Source: the human T2T-CHM13v2.0 reference genome, Homo sapiens
NCBI RefSeq assembly: GCF_009914755.1
Contig: NC_060934.1
Strand: one strand, 5' to 3'
DNA length: 64,000 bases
The notes below the pieces were generated by a model, which was not told the DNA's origin, did not search any database, and saw only the letters and a program-made list of their open reading frames with translations. How positions within the stretch are numbered: the first letter of the stretch is position 1; each line of letters starts with the position of its first letter. Position numbers and translations under genes: made by a program. Below, piece by piece: positions 50,827 to 64,000 of the stretch.

Positions 50827-51235
50827 TCTCATTCACTCAACCCTAAATTCTATTGTTCAATTTCCCCTTGCAATATTGCTGCCAAGTGTTTCTGTAATCT
50901 TTGTTTAAATACTTAAAATAACAGTGAGCTCAGAATGTCTACTGAAGCATCTCCATCTGTATACAACCGCTTTGATAACCAGTATCTTCTATCCAAACAA
51001 AATTTCTCTCTAGTATCCTTCACTCACTAATGCAAACTCAAACTTCTGGAGGCATATAGGAAAAAAATATTAATCTCTGTAACTGGTAGCCATCCACATA
51101 TTTGAAATCTCAGTTCTTCTCCTCCAAGTCTTCTTTCCTGTAGACTAATGCATTGTTCACCAAATTGCCAATCTCCATGTTCCAAACTCATGTTTACCTA
51201 ATCATTGTTAAATATCATAGATTCAGTTTTTTTGA

Positions 51236-51570
<335 letters not shown>

Positions 51571-52149
51571 TGCTTTAATTTAAGCCAATATTTAATAGTT
51601 AGTAACTATCAATTAAGCTAACGATTCCTGGATTTTCCTGAAAAATGGCAATTGCAATTCTGTTCCTGCCATCTCACATAGCGGCAATGTTCTGGAGCGT
51701 CCCCATAGGTCGGGTTCATGCTCTTCATTTTACCTGCCTATTTTTATCTTGTAATACAAAAAAGAAAGAAAACTTATCCTTTTTATTTCCAGTTCTCAGC
51801 TAAGTAGATATCATCCTTCATCCAGGCTCTGAGGTTGCATTAGGAGTTGAGACAATGCATAAAGCTGATGTGTGAACTGCAGATGAGAGTGACAATACAT
51901 GCACTGTGGGGGCCATACTGAATTAGCCAGAGGTAACTGGAAGGATTTGTCCTATGGGAAGGGATGCTTTACATCTTCATCTGTGCTCTACTACATCTTG
52001 CAGCAAGGCCAAAATCCGATTTCACCTCTAGTGGAAGTACTATCATCATTTGTTCTTAGGTGCTGGCCTGAGTATCACCTTATTTCCTGATCATACTTCA
52101 TAGGACTGCCGAACATCGGTGTATGCTCATCACCGTATATACTTGTTGG

Positions 52150-52615
52150 AATTCAGATTCTCACATTTTTGGGGGTGATCAACCTCCAGGTTCAGAGAGG
52201 GGCATGTGAAGTTGGCTTAAGCCAATTAGCACAGTTCATCCCTCTGGATACAAAAAAAACTGGTTCAGCCTTGTAACAGATCTCAAATGTAGACAATCAG
52301 AGCTGATTTCAGAACTTCGCTGGTGTGCTGGAAGAAAGATTTTCCTTCCTTTCGGATTTAACCCACAGTGATGTAGCTTGGACCTGCTACTGAAGCTCCA
52401 TGCCCTGTTATGGTGAGAGGCTTTCTGAGAGTGAGACCAATACAAAGGCGGACCCCAGATATAGAAAATGCACTGATAATATAATTTAATCTCATAATCA
52501 AGTTATTTTGGAAGCCAAACTAACTCCAGACTTTTTCATTTTCTGGTCTGTGAGTAAAAATACTACTTGACGCATAATTCATTTTTGTCATTGATTAAAA
52601 AGGTTTCAATTGATC
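52150..52615 (+). mobile_element. MLT1K-like LTR
   Basis: gggcatgtga..ggcttaagccaattagcac..tggttcag..gacaatcagag..gaagccaaac..ccagactttt..ttttgtcattg. Confidence 0.5.
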
Positions 52616-54640
52616 TAATTAGGTGTTATGAGTCAAAAGCGTTTACCTACATTGATGTTTACAAACCATTTCAAAAATACCACAACTTTCTTTGAAATCT
52701 ATATTCTGCCTGCAATAGTTTGTTTCATTTTAGCTCAATTGTTTTTTAATCTCCCTTTGATCCTCTTCCTGACAATCAACTATAAACAAACACTTAATAT
52801 TTAAAGTTGCCACTTAAAGAGCCTCCTAGTTTATTGTAAATCATAAGATCTTTTTGAAAATTGATAAACATCTACTTATGCATCATTTTTGTAAATCTTC
52901 TTTGCATATGCTACATTTCCTTAAGCTAGGGACCTCCTGTAACATTTTTGCATTTCTGAACCTTGGATATTGATTCTCCTGGTCACCCAGACACCATTTT
53001 GCCATCTAAACTGAAATAAATAAAAAATACATTTCTTAAATAATGAATGCTACCCACAGAATAAAAACAAGTATACCACAGGTTGATTTTTCGTATCTGT
53101 ATCAGACCAGGCTTTATATCTGTGAATCCAAAGGCCATGGAAGAATGCTAGGATATTAAAGAGGGATACAAATAAATGCTCACAACAATAACATTATTTC
53201 TTCTGAGGCTGAAATGAGGTTATAATATGACAACACAAGGCACACATCTATACTAGTTGGTTAATCAAGAATAAAGACAACTTCTCCAATCAAGAGTATA
53301 GCACAGATTTAAAAGACCTGAAACCTTTATCTGGCTGTTTATTAATATTATTATAAGGAGAAACAAAAAAAGAAGTACAGGCTTTAAGAGCAGTTGCTTG
53401 GAAAACACAGGTCCAATGGAATCATTGGTCCAAGGCCCACAGGAGAAACTTCACAGAATTTTTGTGAGAAGGCAAATGAGAAATGCTATGTAAAGTGTCT
53501 GGCACACAGATAGGAGGCAGTGAACTCAGAGACATCGGAATGGGATACTACTGGGCTTGAAATTTACCTCTGTTACTTGTCACTTAGAAAAGCTACTTAA
53601 ATTGAGGCTCAATTTCCATATCTATGGAAGGGGTAACCTACCAGAGATGGAAGAACTTTGGAGAAGGTCTACTCCCTTCTCCTCCTACAGCAGTTCTCCA
53701 ATGTGCCTGCCAGGGCTGAGGTTTCCTTTTTCAATTAATCTCATTTTGCTTATCATCTATTTAGGAGTCTTCACAGTTGCTCATCCATTGAAGGCTATCT
53801 TTCTATATTCAAGAATGCTTATGGATTTTCTAAATATTCTTTCTAGCATTTCAAAAGATTTGAAGAAATTGAAGGAGTCTGTATTTTATACTTAGATCTC
53901 TGTATTGAATCAGTTCCAAATGTGTGCTTCAAATACCTTCAATTTATACTCTTTTCTAAGACTGGTGTTGCATTCCCTTATAAGGATTTCCTCCTAATTG
54001 CATATAACCATTGCCTTGTAAAGAGATTAGCATATGTTGTCTACAGCTGTCCTCTCCTGCTATAAAGAGTCTCTCATTTACATCCTAATTAACTGGCTTC
54101 TCTGGAATGAGCTTCTTCAGGATTTTAAATCAAATTTTAATCCTACTTTTGATATATCCAGAGTGCAGGACAAGCTGATGTGATCTCATGCTCTTGACTT
54201 ATAGCCTCAAATTTAGCACCAGCAAAAGCTGCACATAGTTAATAAACTGGGAAAAAAAAAAACTGAACTAGGTTTGATCTACCTGAACACAAGTGTCACC
54301 TTTGGTAGTGGAACCTCCCTTCCTCGTCAGCTGATTATAGGTGGGCAACCACTCAGTCCTCAAACTAAACTGTCTCAGTTAGCCTTCAGTAAAGTTGAAT
54401 TCTGCACACTTCTGCCAAGGCTTACAAACCCAAATTAGCTCAGTGTCAGACTGCTAAACATATAGGCAAACACAGTAGCAGCCAGATATAGCAGCAAAAG
54501 AAACTTCAAAAGCCTCCAGCTCAGTAATTCTTGAGACAACTTCAATAGCAAAAACTTCAGAGCCACACTGCAACTTTCCCCCCTTTAATTGTTAAACTTT
54601 TTAATTATTATATAAAACATATGAAATATATATATATATA

Positions 54641-54907
54641 CAGTAGACCCTTAACATGTCTTTGAACTGTACTGGCCCACTTATACATGGATTTTTTTCA
54701 ATAAATACAGTTGGCTTCCATATCTGCAGGTTCCGCCTCAACAGACAAATACAGATTAAAAATAGAGTATCTGGGTGATGCAAAACCCACGGATATGAAG
54801 GGTCAACTTTTTATATAAGTGGGTTCCACCGTGGGATGTGAGCATGCACAGATTTGATATACATGGGGGTACTGGAACGACCCCATATGGATAGTGAGGG
54901 ATGACTG
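54641..54907. mobile_element. Tigger2-derived MITE (MER2B/MER8-like)
   Basis: ta|cagtagaccctt..ccacttatacatggattttttcaataaatacag..ggatagtgagggatgactg|ta, with TA TSDs. Confidence 0.8.
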
Positions 54908-55323
54908 TAGTATTCTATATATAAATGTATCATATCAACTCACCAGTGAGCATAAGTCGAAAAATCTAATTATTCAAACAAAAAGGGTAGTTTGACTTAG
55001 AATCCAACTGAGAGTTCTCTTTGAAGTGAGGTACCTCAGGGTACAAAATATGTTAATGTATACACATTTTGTATACAATATTGTGTATTGTATACAGTGA
55101 ACTTAGAGAGGCCCATCGTCAGTACTCTGGTTTCTCTTCAGATCGTATAAATCTTTTGCCTTTTAGAAAGGCCCACAGTCCATTACTCAAGGCTTTCGTG
55201 TTATCATTGACAGGAGAAAGGTTAGTAATGCACACCCTGATAATTTATGCAGGGTTTCATTCCACTTCAAACCCAGAAGAAAGAATGACCTGTGTTCTTT
55301 GGTCCTGTTAAAAGTAAAGTTCA

Positions 55324-55614
55324 GCTCAAGCCTGTAATCCCAGTACTTTGGGAGGCCGAGGCGGGCGGATCACGAGGTCAGGAGATCTAGACCATCCTGG
55401 CTAACACGGTGAAACCCCATCTCTACTAAAAATACAAAAAATTAGCCAGGTGTGGTGATGAGCGCTTGTAGTCCCAGCTACTCAGGAGGCTGAGGCAGGA
55501 GAATGGCGTAAATCCAGGAGGCGGAGCTTGCAGTGAGCCAAGATTGCACTACTGCACACCAGCCTGGGTGAAAGAGTGAGACTCCATCTCAAAAAAATAA
55601 ATAAATAAATAAAT
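55324..55614 (+). mobile_element. AluY, slightly 5'-truncated
   Basis: 13-bp TSD aaagtaaagttca at 55311-55323 and 55615-55627. TT/AAAA-type target. Confidence 0.96.
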
Positions 55615-58479
55615 AAAGTAAAGTTCAAATGTATGTTCTTTCTCAAAATTATGTGCCCTAACTTTGGAATTTGTGTCATTTCAAAAAACCTGCAGAACTA
55701 GATTAACCGACTTGATGTGTTAAGATTCTTAAAGAAAGACATCAGTGAGGTAGTCTGAGGTTTACAGGCAATTAATTTGCAGTCTCCTGTGTCAGGTGCC
55801 AACTTTACACTTCCCCAGTCTATACCATCAAGGTAGCATATGGTGATTTGTGGTTTGGGAGGCAGCTATTCTAGCTGCACATGTACAGACGTCCACTTTT
55901 AAAGGATTCATTGCATTTGCAGGATCATTCATTAATTTACAAATCTTTTTTTGTTTTCATTTCATAGTATTCTACTAAGTGCTGGGCATGGTATGTTCCT
56001 GTGCCAACTAAGTTGTGGTTAGAATGAATGCCAGTATGGGGTTGGTGAGAAGTAACTGGAGTCACGCAGCTTCCCTAATCAAAAAGCAGCTCCCATTGCC
56101 ACTCCAAAATCTCTTACTGAGATTTGAATTTTACAAATATCAATTCCTTTAAAAGTATATAGAATGCACTGAAATCTACAAATAAAAGGAGTTATTTATA
56201 CATCTGTGATAATACGAAAATGCCCTTGGAAGAGGTAACATAAGAAACTTACCCGTTCTTAGCTTGCTGGAGTGAATCTGGGTTTTGTTTTTGTTAGTTT
56301 TTCAGCTGGTTGAGGGTGAGGCATCTCTGAGACTTTGAAGTTTTGAGACAGAGAGGTTATTATTCACTACAATGTGGAATACAAAGAGCAAAGAGCAAAA
56401 AGAGCCTCACAGAGGAGTGGAACAGAGAAGGGGGATATGTCTTTTTTTTCCACTTTGATTTTAAGATGTTCATGGGCATAAAGTAGGTGATGTCAGGCCA
56501 ACAAGCAGAAGCAGAGGTCTTCACTGTAGGACTGATCGGCATTGGAGACTCAGGTGTGAAGTCCTCAGCATACAGAGGGTGGCAGAAACGAAGCATGTGG
56601 CTATGTTTAACCAGGAAGAGTTTTAAAATGAGAAGAGATGCTCAGAAAAAAATTTACGAGGCAGGCAATATGTTCCTATCAACAGGAAAATTAGCCACAG
56701 AGAGGGTATTTAATATTCTGTTTCACACATGGTTAGTGATAAAGCCAAAAGTCCATTCAAGCTTTAACTCAGTATGTTTTTCACTGATTCATACTGTATC
56801 CCTGGTCCACAAATTTTTGTTGACTGTCGTCTTCCCAACCTGTATAAGCTACATACAGAAAATAAAGTAAGAATAAGGCAAAGCCCCTCGCCAGTCTGAA
56901 ACGCTGTTGCACATATGCTATTTGATTAATTGCTAGTGGAAATGCTAATCCCCAGGCTTGGAAGCCCCTTAGTCTATTTTTCACCCTTCTAATCCCTGGT
57001 CATTTATTACAATCCTCTTAGCTATTATTTATTCTTGGAAGCCTTCTTGTTCCACCACTCCATGATAATTTTGGAGCAGATATTTTTTAAAACTAATTTG
57101 ATACAACATGTAATGTTAATTATCTTCTTACATGCCATATCTTATATCCCCAATTAGACAGAAGGATCTTCAAGGATCAGAATTCTACTTCAGATGTCCT
57201 TAATTGATCTCTTTCTAATACAGGAGATTAGTTGGAAAAATATTTATCAGAAGAATGAGAGAATCATAGACATTGAAGTGTCAATATGAAGTACATAAAA
57301 CAACAGAGACATTTATTAATGATGTGACCAACTGGTAAAAGGTCCAGGAAGCTTTTGTTGTAATACAGAAACTGACTGAAGGAGTAAGTTATAGCCACTA
57401 CAAACTCCAGAGTTATACTGTTCATAAAATGAAAATAAAGCTACTTTTCTTGGCCTTTGGGAAGAATTGAGGAGGTGAAAATAATTGTAATGAACGATAC
57501 AATCAGTCTATCTTCTTGGCACTCCATTCTCTGCTAGACTCATTGAAATGTTTCTAGTTTAGACATTTAAAAAATTCTGCAATGTACTTGGGTGGCAGTA
57601 GCTTACAGAAGTCTCTAATTTTGGCATATATTAAAATGAAAGGTTACTGGAACCCCAGGAGGAACTCTTCTCAGGAAGTCAATTAGCATAGCTCCAACAC
57701 ATGACCCTATCCGTTCAGCACTTTAAGATCATTATGATATTCCCTTTCATATATTCATGATCTGAAATGATCTGAAATTAGTTTTTGTTTAGTATAATAT
57801 CATAACTATGAGAACGATTTAGCTGCAATATCAGAATCACTTGATGAAAAGTTTGTTCTGGGAAAAGAGGAAACTAGGTGCTTAGAGAACCTCAGGATAA
57901 AACATCCAACTCTCAGGGATATGTCACTGATTCAAGAATAAAAATGAACCTTCTTGTGGTAGTGCCCAATAGGACTCCCTCCATCATAGGTCCTGAAAGT
58001 GCAGAGACAGAACTGGGTTTTGAAAAGCAACCTAGTGCTGTCCTTGGTCCTGAAATGCCTGTGACCCTCTCCCCACCACCTAAGAACAGAGAAGGGAAAG
58101 AAAGAGCTACATATAAGGGTATGGTGGTAGATAGAACTGGTCATTGATAAACAATAAAGTTAGGTCCAATTTGAGATCTCAGTTTCTGCATACTGAATCA
58201 CCCCCAATCCGCACCTTACAGACATTTAATGATGCCCCCTCCACATTGCTTTGTTCTCTAACCCTACATTTGTTTGAAAGCATCTATGACTATGTCACTT
58301 CTCCCTAGAGTATAGCCAGTGATACTCATTCTTTATCTTGATTTTTGTAAACCTTTTATTTTGTTTCTAGCATTTGCTTATCAAGCTGCTGAATTCTATG
58401 GAGTGTGCTGCCCTCAAAGACCATTATAGACTTAATAAGAGTAACGGGAGAACAATATTTGTGGCTCTCTGACTGCTGA

Positions 58480-58700
58480 ACATCTCATGCTATAGATACA
58501 CAGTTTTTCATATATTTAACATCTATCATAATTGATGGATAATACAAATATTTTCTCTATATTTTAAGATGCAAAGGCTAAGATTCAGAGAAGTCAAATG
58601 ATGTTTTTCAAGGCCACATATTTGTCACTAGTAAAGCTTTGATTTAGCACCAAGTCTGATGACTTCAACGTTCATGTCCAGTCCAGTGCACCATATATTT
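58480..58700 (-). mobile_element. MIR
   Basis: attttaagatgcaaaggctaagattcagagaagtcaaatga..caaggccacata..aagtctgatgacttc. Confidence 0.6.
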
Positions 58701-59615
58701 ATAGGTAACTATAACAAGTGGTTTGCAAAATAAAAAATAAATACCAACAATTGTAAGTGAAAATAAAGATAACAGTGGAGATGTAACCCAGATAATTTCT
58801 TTTGCCAAGCCATATCCCAGGTGCCTGAAATAGTGTCTTTAGAGGATTAAGATTTAACATGCATTTATTAAACTTCTGATACATTTGATAAATTCTGGCT
58901 GAAAGTAACAGGAGAACAGAGTTTTCAAAGAAGTCTGTTGTGAGTGTGTGTGTGTAAGTAGAATTTGAGACTGGCCTTACAAAATGAGAAGGGTATGCAA
59001 ATATTAGGAATTAAGTGATGGGAAATTATTTCCTGACACATGTGAACAGAATAATCTAAGACACTGTGTAGGAAGTAACTAGAAGATTTTTAAAAACATA
59101 GTCAAGTCTAAATGAATCAACCCTGAAAGTCAGTACATAAATTCTAATGTTAGAATTTTAGATCTTAGCCTACCTGTATCATAGAGAGAACAATGGTTTT
59201 AGAGTTAGAACCATTCTATTCTACCAAGAACCTCTTCACATACAGAGTGTCTCAGGTAAGTCTAACTTTGGAGATTCTCTACCAGTCATCTTGGGTGACC
59301 TGAGGTAGCCACATGAAATGGCCAGGTATGAGTGAGCCATTTCTTCGAGGTGTCTGTTTATCTTTAAAATACCAGTGTATTTTTGCATTTATTAATATTT
59401 GGTTTAGTATAAATACATTTCCCAATATCATTGAAAAAAATAGGCACTCTTGGGAAAGTAGACTGTATGTACCTGTGGCTTCATGTGTTCTATGACAAAC
59501 TACCCCTAACCATGAAGCTCTACATTAGTTGCTTGAAGTCTGTCTTTAGAGAGATTTAACTTGATGGCATATCTTCTTCTCAGAACAAAACAAAAGAAAG
59601 TAAAATGAAAGGTGG

Positions 59616-60441
59616 TGTATAGTCCCTTCTTGCACTACTGTAAAGAAATACCTGAGACTGGGTAATTCATAGGAACAAAAAAGAGGTTTGATTGGCTCAC
59701 AGTTCCTCAGGCTGTACAAGAAGCATGACAGCAACTGCTTTTGGGGAGACCTCACGGAACTTTTACTCATAGTGGAAGGCAAAGCGGGAACAGGTGTCTT
59801 ACTTGGCAGGAGCAGGATAAAGAGAAAGAGAAGCAGGAGGTGCTGCATGTTTTTTAAAAGCAAGATATGTGGCACATATACACCATGGAATACTATGCAG
59901 CCATAAAAAATGATGAGTTCATGTCCTTTGTAGGGACACGGATGAAATTGGAAATCATCATTCTCAGTAAACTATCGCAAGAACAAAAAACCAAACACCG
60001 CATATTCTCACTCATAGGTGGGAAATGAACAATGGGAACACATGGACACAGGAGGGGGAACATCACACTCTGGGGACTGTTGTGGGGTGGGGGGAGGGGG
60101 GAGGGATAGCACTGGGAGATATACCTAATGCTAGAGGACGAGTTAGTGGGTGCAGCGCACCAGCACGTCACATGTATACATATGTAACTAACTTGCACAT
60201 TGTGCACATGTACCCTAAAACTTAAAGTATAATAATAAAAATAAAAAAATAAAAAATAAATAAAAAGCAAGATCTCATGAGAACTCACTATCATGATGAA
60301 AGTATCAAGGGGCATGGTGTTAAACCATTCATGAGAAGTCAATCCCCATGATCCAATCACTTCCAACAAGGCCCCACCTTCGACATTGGGGATTACAATT
60401 CGACATGAGATTTGGTGGGGACACAGATCCAAACCATACTA
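59616..60441 (-). mobile_element. MSTA solo LTR interrupted by an L1
   Basis: tgtatagtcc..aagaaatacctgagactgggtaat ... ggggacacagatccaaaccatacta. Perfect 5-bp TSD ggtgg at 59611-59615 and 60442-60446. Confidence 0.92.
59867..60262 (+). mobile_element. Young 5'-truncated L1 (L1PA3/L1PA2-like)
   Basis: 3'UTR with GAG (not ACA) diagnostic, gcacattgtgcac, and a poly(A) tail. 11-bp TSD aaaagcaagat at 59856-59866 and 60263-60273 at a TTTT/AAAA site. Confidence 0.93.
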
Positions 60442-60568
60442 GGTGGTACAATATTTATTCATCACATTTAGAGATTTTAAACACATTTTGAGACTCTAAG
60501 GAGATAATTGGTCATGCTGTGGGCTTATAAAAATTGGATCTGGAAGCGTTAGGCTTAAAGAAAACTTT

Positions 60569-60586
60569 AGAGAGAGAGAGAGAGAG

Positions 60587-60619
<33 letters not shown>
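60569..60619. repeat. Compound (GA)n-(GT)n microsatellite
   Basis: Direct inspection. Confidence 0.9.
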
Positions 60620-61479
60620 CATGTGTTTTGGTCCAGAAGAGTTTAACATTCAAATAAAATTGTGTTGTGAACAAATTCTAAAGACAACAAGCGAGCAAAC
60701 AAACAAAATACTGTTCTACAAAGAAAAGGACAGAAGAGAGCATTATGAGAGAGGATATCACTTCTCCCAGGTGCATGTACTCTCTAAAGCTCTAAAGCAC
60801 ACCTGGTTATTTCTTGAACTGACAGAATCCTTTCCGTACTCCTGGCAGAAAGCAGATGCCCAGAGAAAGTCTTTTGAAGAAGCCGCATCATCTATAAACC
60901 AGTTTTACCCTTTTCTTCTTGTTTTTTCTCCAACCCATTCAGACAACCATTAAGTGAGCTCCACTGCCTTGGGTCCTTGTAAGTTTTCTAAGCATGAAGG
61001 TGGACCAAACAGTCACAAGCTACTCACCCGATGGCAGCACAAAAATAATAAGTCATAGAAAACAAGATGTTTTCATTGAGAAGAGCTGAAATTGGGAGTT
61101 CATTTTATTTTTGGCTAAACATCATAACAACACCTGGCATTAAATCACAAATTCTAAAATAAATGAAAGCATGAAGTAATTATTCAATCAATAAGTGTGT
61201 TTTCCTTATCTTCCTTCCTTCCTCCCTTAAAGCCATTTTGAGCACCTACTATATGGCAAGCACTGGTAGAAATACAATGAAGAACATACTTCCCCTGTCC
61301 TCAAGGACTGTATAATATAATAAATCAAAGGAGATCATCAGGAATAATGTGACCCATGACATAAAATAAATGGAAAGGGTGATCTAGGGGTACAGCTTTC
61401 CAGAGCAGGGGAAAAATCACTTCACGAAAAGGCCATAGTGGTCCTAAAAAAACTATCAGGTTGACAGAGCTAGGATTCT

Positions 61480-61610
61480 AATCTTCATTTTAGGTGAATC
61501 AACTGAGGCTGAGAGGCACTAGTTAACTTGTCCTAGGTCACATAGCTAAAAAATGGTGTATCCAGGATTAAAAACAGCAATCTACCTTCCTTTTTATCAC
61601 TCCACACTCT
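61480..61610 (-). mobile_element. MIR
   Basis: cattttaggtgaatcaactgaggctgagagg..taacttgtcctaggtcacatagcta..ccaggattaaaa. Confidence 0.65.
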
Positions 61611-64000
61611 GTCTCAAAAATCAAAAGGCATATTTTAAAATGTTAATTTTAAGACTAGCAGAATATAGCAACAAGTTATGCCTGCTCCCTTCTAATTAAA
61701 AGATTCAGTGCTAATCAAGTCTAATTTGTGAATTTTGAATCAGAAAAGTTTATTGATGCAGAGATAATCTTAAAATTGAATATCAAATATTAATATTCTG
61801 TAATGCACAACTCCTTTTTCTTCTCCAGATTTGACATCATCCCTCTTCTGTGCCAGAAGGAACAATTAGTCCTTCCATAAATAGATCAATATTTGCTCAT
61901 GCTGTAGACTATGGAATCCAACCTGTAGTATCCTTTCTGCATGTTGGCACCAAGCCCACCTCATGAAACCAGCAATGGGCATTTTTCTAATTCTACTTTC
62001 AAAGGTGAGGAACCAGTCTTAGGGATCTATTAACCAGTGTGACTTGTCTCACGCAGTTGAAAAGTGGTAGACAAAGGTTGTGAGCAGGTCTCTGGGAGTC
62101 CAAAGGTCTCGTCCTTTCACTCTATCATTGTTCATTTTATCTTTATATTCTGTTTGCAGTACAATTACAGCTAAAGATTTTAGGTGCTTTCTGTGCTACT
62201 TCTTTTTCATAAAACCTTCCTGATTCTACAAAAATAAAAATAAAAACATCCTCAAAAATGGCCCCATTTTCTGCCGTGTGATGCTTCATCCCTGAGTTTC
62301 ACTATCTTTTAGATGGAACAGCAGTACAGCTATGGCAGAGCACACCCACCGGGTTTAGGAACAACCTCCTTGCCTTTTCAAGCAGGGCTCATCGCAAAGA
62401 TGTGCAGATGCAACTGGCTATTGCTCATATTTTGGCTTTATTTTCCAAGAAAATAAAATCTGGTTATAATAATGTCTGAAATGGAAGATTTGTTTATATG
62501 ACCTGAGCCTCCTTATGTAAATCATTGACCATCTCTATATGAGTTTTCAAGAAATGTATTGAAGGTCGACATATAATTTTACCACAAATGTCAGAATAAA
62601 GAAGGGAAACTTGCAAAGCAAATTTTAATAAAAGTAATTCTTCTTGACCCATATTCTCTAGATAATATTTCTCTGGTGGAGGAGAGAGGTGGCCCCTGAC
62701 TATTACTTTAACTTTCATGTACTATTTTTAGCTCTTACCGTAACTGATAAATAATGGTAGAAGATAAATGATAATGAAGTACAACACAAATGAGTTCCAT
62801 AAAATATTTATATGCAGTGAAGTTGTGTTTGGTGGTATCTGAACATAAAGAAACATAAACAGGACATTCCATTGCATACAAATTTTCTATATGATTCCTT
62901 CTCTTTTGCATTTGTATTTAAAGGTCCCATTATGGGTAATAGAAAAGAACATGAAAAAGTCTATACCTTTTTTTTTCTCCTGCCATTTTCCAAAAGTTCA
63001 TCTTCAAAAGGTAAGTATGATAATACTTAGCACTTCATAGTAACTGTGTGTTTATGGATCTAATATTCATTGTTCTGAAAAATTACTAATGACACCAAGG
63101 GTTGATTTTTATAAATAATCATGGTCCATCTGCATTTTTTTTTTTTTGGTGAGAATAAACCAGGAAATATAGAACACCCATGCAATAGCTGTTGTGAAAA
63201 TTGAGAGAAAGAATGCCTGGCACTTAGCAAATGGTCAGTAGATGTTGAGCTTTTGTTACATGATTAAAGATTTGCAGAAGTCTATGAAAATAAATCAACT
63301 GTCCTCTGGGTGATTTAACGCCAGTATGTGACAATCACATATCTCCAGGCTCTATGACATCTGATTGCTATCACAGGTTTTGAAAGCTTCTGTATACTTT
63401 GGTCTATTTTTAAATACTTAGTTGGCAAATATTATGGCTCATATGTAGTCACTCTTCTCCCCTCTGTCTATGATGGTCAGCACTAATCAGCAGTTTCTAG
63501 CTGAGTCTATACAAGGTTTAAGCATTCTTTTTAACACATACTCTGAATGATACTTATTAAATTACTGGAGTCAGCACAAGAAATGTAGCAAATATGCCAT
63601 TTGTCATGCCAAATTGCCGTGATTCCTCTTCTAAAAATACAACCTAACGACATCATTCTGAACTGCAGTTTGAGAAGGGAGTCAAGTTGTAGGATAGGAC
63701 TTAAGAGTCAGTAAAAAAGACAAACAATGACTGATGCTCCTTTTAGCATCTGCTAAGCCCATTTCTTGTCATAAACACTTATTCTTTATTACCCCAGCAT
63801 GGTGATTTACAAGAACATAAATTACAACATTGTGGAAATTTGTCAACATAAGACTCCAATAATAAAATATCCAGATTCATGCAGGTGCTTCTGTAAACAT
63901 GACAGCAGCATTTATCCTTCAAATGGCTGGGAAGGAAATAATAAAGAGAATGACAACCAACAATTCCTTTTAACATTCTGAGAAATATTACTGCACCTCT

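Noticed and set aside
56487-56870. ORF with 'GLIGIGDSGVKSS' resembling a small-GTPase P-loop
   Set aside because: Lacks GxxxxGKS spacing and the downstream DxxG/NKxD motifs. The DNA (ttggagactcaggtgtgaagtcctcagcatacagagggt) looks like an antisense L2 remnant.

Overview
Primate genomic DNA, most likely hominoid (human or great ape) given its AluY and L1PA2/3 copies. It is AT-rich and has no protein-coding exon I can support. The first ~750 bp are the edge of a CpG island or promoter-like region with two G-quadruplex-prone G blocks; I cannot identify the associated gene. The remaining ~63 kb look intergenic or intronic and are dense in interspersed repeats: L1, Alu, L2, MIR, MaLR/ERV LTRs, and hAT and Tigger DNA transposons. 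The longer ORFs in the track are mostly L1 ORF1/ORF2 remnants or artefacts of Alu, microsatellite or GC-rich sequence. I see no evidence of a new gene system. The most interesting signals are mechanistic fossils: a near full-length Cheshire-type hAT transposon with a decayed transposase; a tailless 3'-truncated 7SK retropseudogene with an 18-bp TSD; an apparently TSD-flanked L1 made of 5'UTR plus ORF1 only; an L1/Alu/Alu pile-up at one target site; a recent 296-bp tandem duplication; a 56-bp locally templated insertion; and several strong + strand splice signals that could be lncRNA exons. Repeat subfamily names come from my recollection of consensus sequences and need RepeatMasker/Dfam confirmation.
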